Source of the DNA: Candidatus Latescibacterota bacterium
GTDB lineage: Bacteria > Latescibacterota > UBA2968
Assembly (NCBI GenBank): GCA_965204375.1
Contig: OZ241986.1
Span: 2,464,001-2,528,000 of the forward strand
Direction: 5' to 3'
Length of the DNA: 64,000 bases
Part shown: piece by piece, positions 62,888 to 64,000 of the stretch
How the letters are laid out: the number at the start of each line of letters is the position of its first letter
Numbering within the stretch: position 1 is the stretch's first letter
Notes under the pieces: model-generated
What the model was told of the DNA's origin: nothing
Seen by the model: the letters and a program-made list of their open reading frames with translations, nothing else
Database searches by the model: none
Translations under genes and position numbers: made by a program

Positions 62888-63439
62888 TTGATGACACGCT
62901 GTCGCTTACTTTATGTCGCGCTATCTCTGGCACTAACTGGAATAGCCAGTACTGCCGGCGCGGAGCTAAAGCTGGGGTATATTGATTCGCAGAAAATTTT
63001 GGATCAATACAAGCCCTATCAAGATGCTCTAAGGGAATTTAACCGTTACGAAGAAGAACTCCAGCGCGAGATCAGCACCATGCAAAACGATCTGGCCAAA
63101 ATGCAGGATACCTATGAACGCCAATCTCTGCTTTTGAGTGACAAACGCAAACAAGAAGAGCAGCAGGCCATTTTGAAAAAACAGCAGGAACTACAGCGGT
63201 TTGTGCAAGATGCTACCTCTCCACAAGGCCGTCTCGCGCGCAAAACCGCGGAATTGTCCGAACCTATTATTCAAACGGTGAATGCGATTATCAAACAAGT
63301 GGCAGAAGACGAAGATTTTGATTTTGTGCTCAATTCGACTGCGCTGGCCTATGCGAAAGAGGCACACGATTTGACCGACAAGGTCCTCGAAGCCCTGACC
63401 AAAGATCTCGAGGCCAGGGCAAAAACCGAGGGACCATAA
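62888..63439 (+). CDS. skp: OmpH/Skp periplasmic chaperone
   Basis: Signal peptide, KLGYIDSQKIL, coiled coil, DLTDKVL. Confidence 0.9.
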   Translation: MMTRCRLLYVALSLALTGIASTAGAELKLGYIDSQKILDQYKPYQDALREFNRYEEELQREISTMQNDLAKMQDTYERQSLLLSDKRKQEEQQAILKKQQELQRFVQDATSPQGRLARKTAELSEPIIQTVNAIIKQVAEDEDFDFVLNSTALAYAKEAHDLTDKVLEALTKDLEARAKTEGP

Positions 63440-63469
63440 TAGATCATCTATATATGTTGTTTTTTCTTG

Positions 63470-63510
63470 AAAGTCTCTGATTTATCCCGCGGGGTGATCG
63501 GAGACTTTTT
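63470..63510 (+). terminator. Hairpin terminator between skp and fabZ
   Basis: AAAGTCTCTGAT...ATCGGAGACTTT followed by TT. Confidence 0.6.
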
Positions 63511-63520
63511 AATGTGAACA

Positions 63521-63970
63521 TTGGAGGATGCCGTGACTCTGGACATTAGAGATATTGAAAAAATTCTTCCGCATCGTTACCCTTTTCTCCTAATAGATCG
63601 CGTAACAGAGTTGGTCCCCGGCGAGCGGCTGGTCGCGTACAAAAATGTGTCGGCTAATGAGCCGTTTTTCCAGGGGCATTTTCCCGGCAATCCAGTGATG
63701 CCGGGCGTGCTCATTATCGAAGCACTGGCTCAGGCCGCTGCAATTTTGATGAGTGATGGACAGGAGAGCGATTTGATCCCATTGTTTATGGGCATTGACA
63801 AGGCGCGTTTCCGAAGGCAAGTTGTGCCCGGAGATCAACTCCAGCTAAAAGTCGAAGTAGGACAAAAACGCCGCAATGTGTGCAAAGGGATTGGCGAAGC
63901 CACAGTGGATGGCGAAATCGCCGCACAGGCCGAATTGATGGCAATGTTTGCAAAACTCGAGAATCTATAG
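63521..63970 (+). CDS. fabZ: 3-hydroxyacyl-ACP dehydratase
   Basis: [35 protein letters not shown]. Confidence 0.96.
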   Translation: MEDAVTLDIRDIEKILPHRYPFLLIDRVTELVPGERLVAYKNVSANEPFFQGHFPGNPVMPGVLIIEALAQAAAILMSDGQESDLIPLFMGIDKARFRRQVVPGDQLQLKVEVGQKRRNVCKGIGEATVDGEIAAQAELMAMFAKLENL

Positions 63971-64000
63971 CACGAACTCGCATGGACTTAATCAAAAAAC

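Noticed and set aside
1-64000. CRISPR array, rRNA, IS element or prophage
   Set aside because: No regularly spaced repeat-spacer array, rRNA-like sequence, transposase or phage genes seen

Overview
A gene-dense bacterial chromosome segment from a diderm organism. Most of it is housekeeping: glyA with a ZTP riboswitch, priA, maf, dtd, an lptD-like gene, tRNA-Leu(TAG), lysA, larE, def, pncB, moaDE, tsaD, ftsK, lolA, frameshifted prfB, lysS, lolD, clpC, bamA, skp and fabZ. The gene order, Cys-type sulfatases and a FlgD-Ig protein suggest a Latescibacterota/Gemmatimonadota-like lineage, possibly host-associated (inference only). The standout is a visibly GC-richer ~10 kb island (about 18.2-28.4 kb) that looks like a sterol-tailoring cassette with no sterol-synthesis genes. 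It encodes an RND adaptor and permease, a GOLPH3/GPP34-domain::cytochrome P450 fusion, a sterol C24-methyltransferase homolog with an altered Region I, a COG2907-type flavoprotein and a Neverland/KshA-like Rieske oxygenase. It lies between intact lptD and a degenerate, internally deleted relic of lptD. Also notable: a two-gene ABC-ATPase + PIN candidate defence module, an apparent lack of lolC/E and lpx genes in the bamA-skp-fabZ cluster, an orphan ATP-grasp-like gene next to larE, and two tiny unannotated genes. All calls come from reading motifs by eye; no database searches were run.
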